Assembly: GCA_023920165.1 (NCBI GenBank) | Contig: CP089275.1 | Coordinates: 4,650,001-4,714,000 of the forward strand | Reading direction: 5' to 3' | DNA: 64,000 nt | Source: Curvularia clavata | Lineage: Eukaryota | Part shown: positions 62,289-64,000 of the stretch, piece after piece | How the letters are laid out: each line of letters opens with the position of its first letter | Position numbering within the stretch: the stretch's first letter is position 1 | Translations under genes and position numbers: made by a program | Notes under the pieces: generated by a model | Told to the model about the DNA's origin: nothing | Seen by the model: only the letters and a program-made list of their open reading frames with translations | Database searches by the model: none

Positions 62289-64000
62289 TCAGTCAACAAC
62301 CCCCGCAGGAAGAAAAGAAACATAGTCAATGGGCGCCGCCTCGATACCGTCGGCCTGGCCAATGATCTGCACCTCGTCCCCCTGCTGCACCTCGACGTCG
62401 CGGAACGTTATCCGTCTTGCTGAATGCCCGTCGAGATAGATTGAAGGCGCGTGGCCCAATCTATCTTCCATGTCTCCCGTCCAAGATCCCACTGTCCGGT
62501 TCCCCAGCTTCAGCTGATACTTGGCCCGCCCACCAATGACATCCCAGTAATTCACCGCCACAGAATACTTGCCCGTCGCAAACTTGACCTTCGCCGTAGC
62601 TGTGCCAGTCGACCGGTTCGACGTGGTGACGATGCCGGTGAATCCAGACGCCGTTTCAAAAGGCTTGACCGCATACGGCTTGTAGTTCTGCAGAGTCATG
62701 CTTTCTGCCTCAATCCGATACGGGTGGTTCCCTACGCGGTTTGCCTCGTCCGGTATCTTGGACAGGTTGAAATAGAACTGGTTAATGGCGTCGCGCCACA
62801 CCAGCGAGTGCCCAGCTTGGTAGGTTTGTCGGAACAAGACGTGCTCAAATCGCTCCTCGTCAATCTTACCTTTTAGCGACTCCCATTGGTGGACCAACTC
62901 CTGCGCCGTGGCCGCTCCCTCGTAGTGGGCGTCGTAGAAGTGCTGAATAACCGTCTTGTTGGATTTTAACCGCTGCGTATACGGCACATGGTGGAACCAG
63001 AGCAAAAGATTATCCGGAGTCAGCTCAATGTTTTCCCAAATTTTGGCAACCTCCGGTGGGTATTGGCCTGCATTCTTAGTGCCGTTTCGCACCGTGCGGT
63101 CCATGCCAATACCAAAAGCATCGGCGCGCGTCCACTGACCCCAACCATTGCCATCTTGAGAAGCCGGATTAGGACCGTAGTGCGTGTAGAGGATATCAGT
63201 CAGTGTCTGGATACCAAGATTGCCACTGTAGTTTTCGTATGCCGGCCATGACTTCATCGACATGTCGGTAATGGTGTCGAGAACATTTTGGTCGAATCCG
63301 AACGTCAAGCGAATCCAGTCCTGAAGAATGGCCTCTGAGCCACTAGATGCGTCCCAGGCTAGCCGGCCAAAAGCATACAGATTCGACATGGCGAGATGGC
63401 TACCTAGCCATGTCGTGTTGGCGCCAACGCCAGAGACACCAGCATATCCTCCAAGTGGTCGCTTGAAGCGTTTTCCGCTAACAATGTCCTTAACTTTTGA
63501 CGGAGCATTCTCAGCCCTCATGTCAAACTCGAGGATTTCCTTCCACTGCGGCGCGAGGTATACCAGGTGGCAGTTCTGGCCAAGGTATTCGGGTGTGATT
63601 TGGACCTCAATGGCTGTGCTGGTGTTGTGTAGTGACGCGAACAACGGTGACGGCGGCTCTCGGACCTGGAAATCAATTGGCCCAAACTTAATTTGCACGA
63701 CAACATTCTCGTCAAACTTTCCATCAAGATGTTGGAAGAACTCGAGCTGTGCATTTGCTCGGTCAGCGTACCAATTCGCCTCGTTGATATGGTTGTCGTA
63801 TACGAAGGCACGAAACATGACCACTCCGCCATGGGGTTTTACAGCTCTTGCAAACATATTCGCTCCATCCGTCAGCGTACGGTTGTATGTAAGTGGTCCT
63901 GGCTGACCCTCGCTGTTGGCTTTCACCAAATACCCTGCCATGTCTGGAACCTTGGCATAAATTTGGTTGGTGATGTTTGCCCACCAGGCGTCAACTCTGG
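62289..64000 (-). CDS. aguA: Alpha-glucuronidase, glycoside hydrolase family 67 (5' part lies outside the window)
   Basis: GYLVKANSEGQPGP, FRAFVY, QIKFGPIDFQVREP, EYLGQ and LLLWFHHVPY motifs. Confidence 0.95.
   Translation of the reverse strand, partial: RVDAWWANITNQIYAKVPDMAGYLVKANSEGQPGPLTYNRTLTDGANMFARAVKPHGGVVMFRAFVYDNHINEANWYADRANAQLEFFQHLDGKFDENVVVQIKFGPIDFQVREPPSPLFASLHNTSTAIEVQITPEYLGQNCHLVYLAPQWKEILEFDMRAENAPSKVKDIVSGKRFKRPLGGYAGVSGVGANTTWLGSHLAMSNLYAFGRLAWDASSGSEAILQDWIRLTFGFDQNVLDTITDMSMKSWPAYENYSGNLGIQTLTDILYTHYGPNPASQDGNGWGQWTRADAFGIGMDRTVRNGTKNAGQYPPEVAKIWENIELTPDNLLLWFHHVPYTQRLKSNKTVIQHFYDAHYEGAATAQELVHQWESLKGKIDEERFEHVLFRQTYQAGHSLVWRDAINQFYFNLSKIPDEANRVGNHPYRIEAESMTLQNYKPYAVKPFETASGFTGIVTTSNRSTGTATAKVKFATGKYSVAVNYWDVIGGRAKYQLKLGNRTVGSWTGDMEDRLGHAPSIYLDGHSARRITFRDVEVQQGDEVQIIGQADGIEAAPIDYVSFLPAGVVD

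Overview
Gene-dense eukaryotic DNA from a filamentous ascomycete. Short GT-AG introns with CTRAC branch points are seen directly; a Dothideomycete/Pleosporales origin is my inference from gene content and style. I reconstructed about 25 protein-coding genes by hand: SUMO, CMC4, Nup84, a DUF1295 reductase-like protein, a Rid-family protein, a secreted agmatinase-like ureohydrolase, a cytochrome b5-like steroid-binding protein, two small orphans, NOP4, an MFS transporter, a ModF-like ABC ATPase, PPM2/TYW4 fused to JmjC, ATG18, PI31, two C2H2 proteins, the YVC1 TRP channel, an ASNSD1-like protein, VPS9, an aldehyde dehydrogenase, a HeLo-like/ankyrin protein and a GH67 alpha-glucuronidase. No tRNA, rRNA, CRISPR array or intact transposon was recognised. 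The most interesting signal is a set of three ~300-nt introns (297, 311 and 314 nt, against ~45-90 nt elsewhere) in the agmatinase and YVC1 genes. They contain nested inverted repeats. Two close with similar AAAGC...TATTCCC(A)GCTTT stems, and two hide a stop-containing cassette exon. This suggests structure-controlled or poison-exon splicing, which is a hypothesis only. Also notable are a 180-bp tandem duplication that copied an intron, a 7.2-kb ORF-poor gap between convergent genes, and several decayed gene relics. All helices were found by eye and no folding or database search was run.
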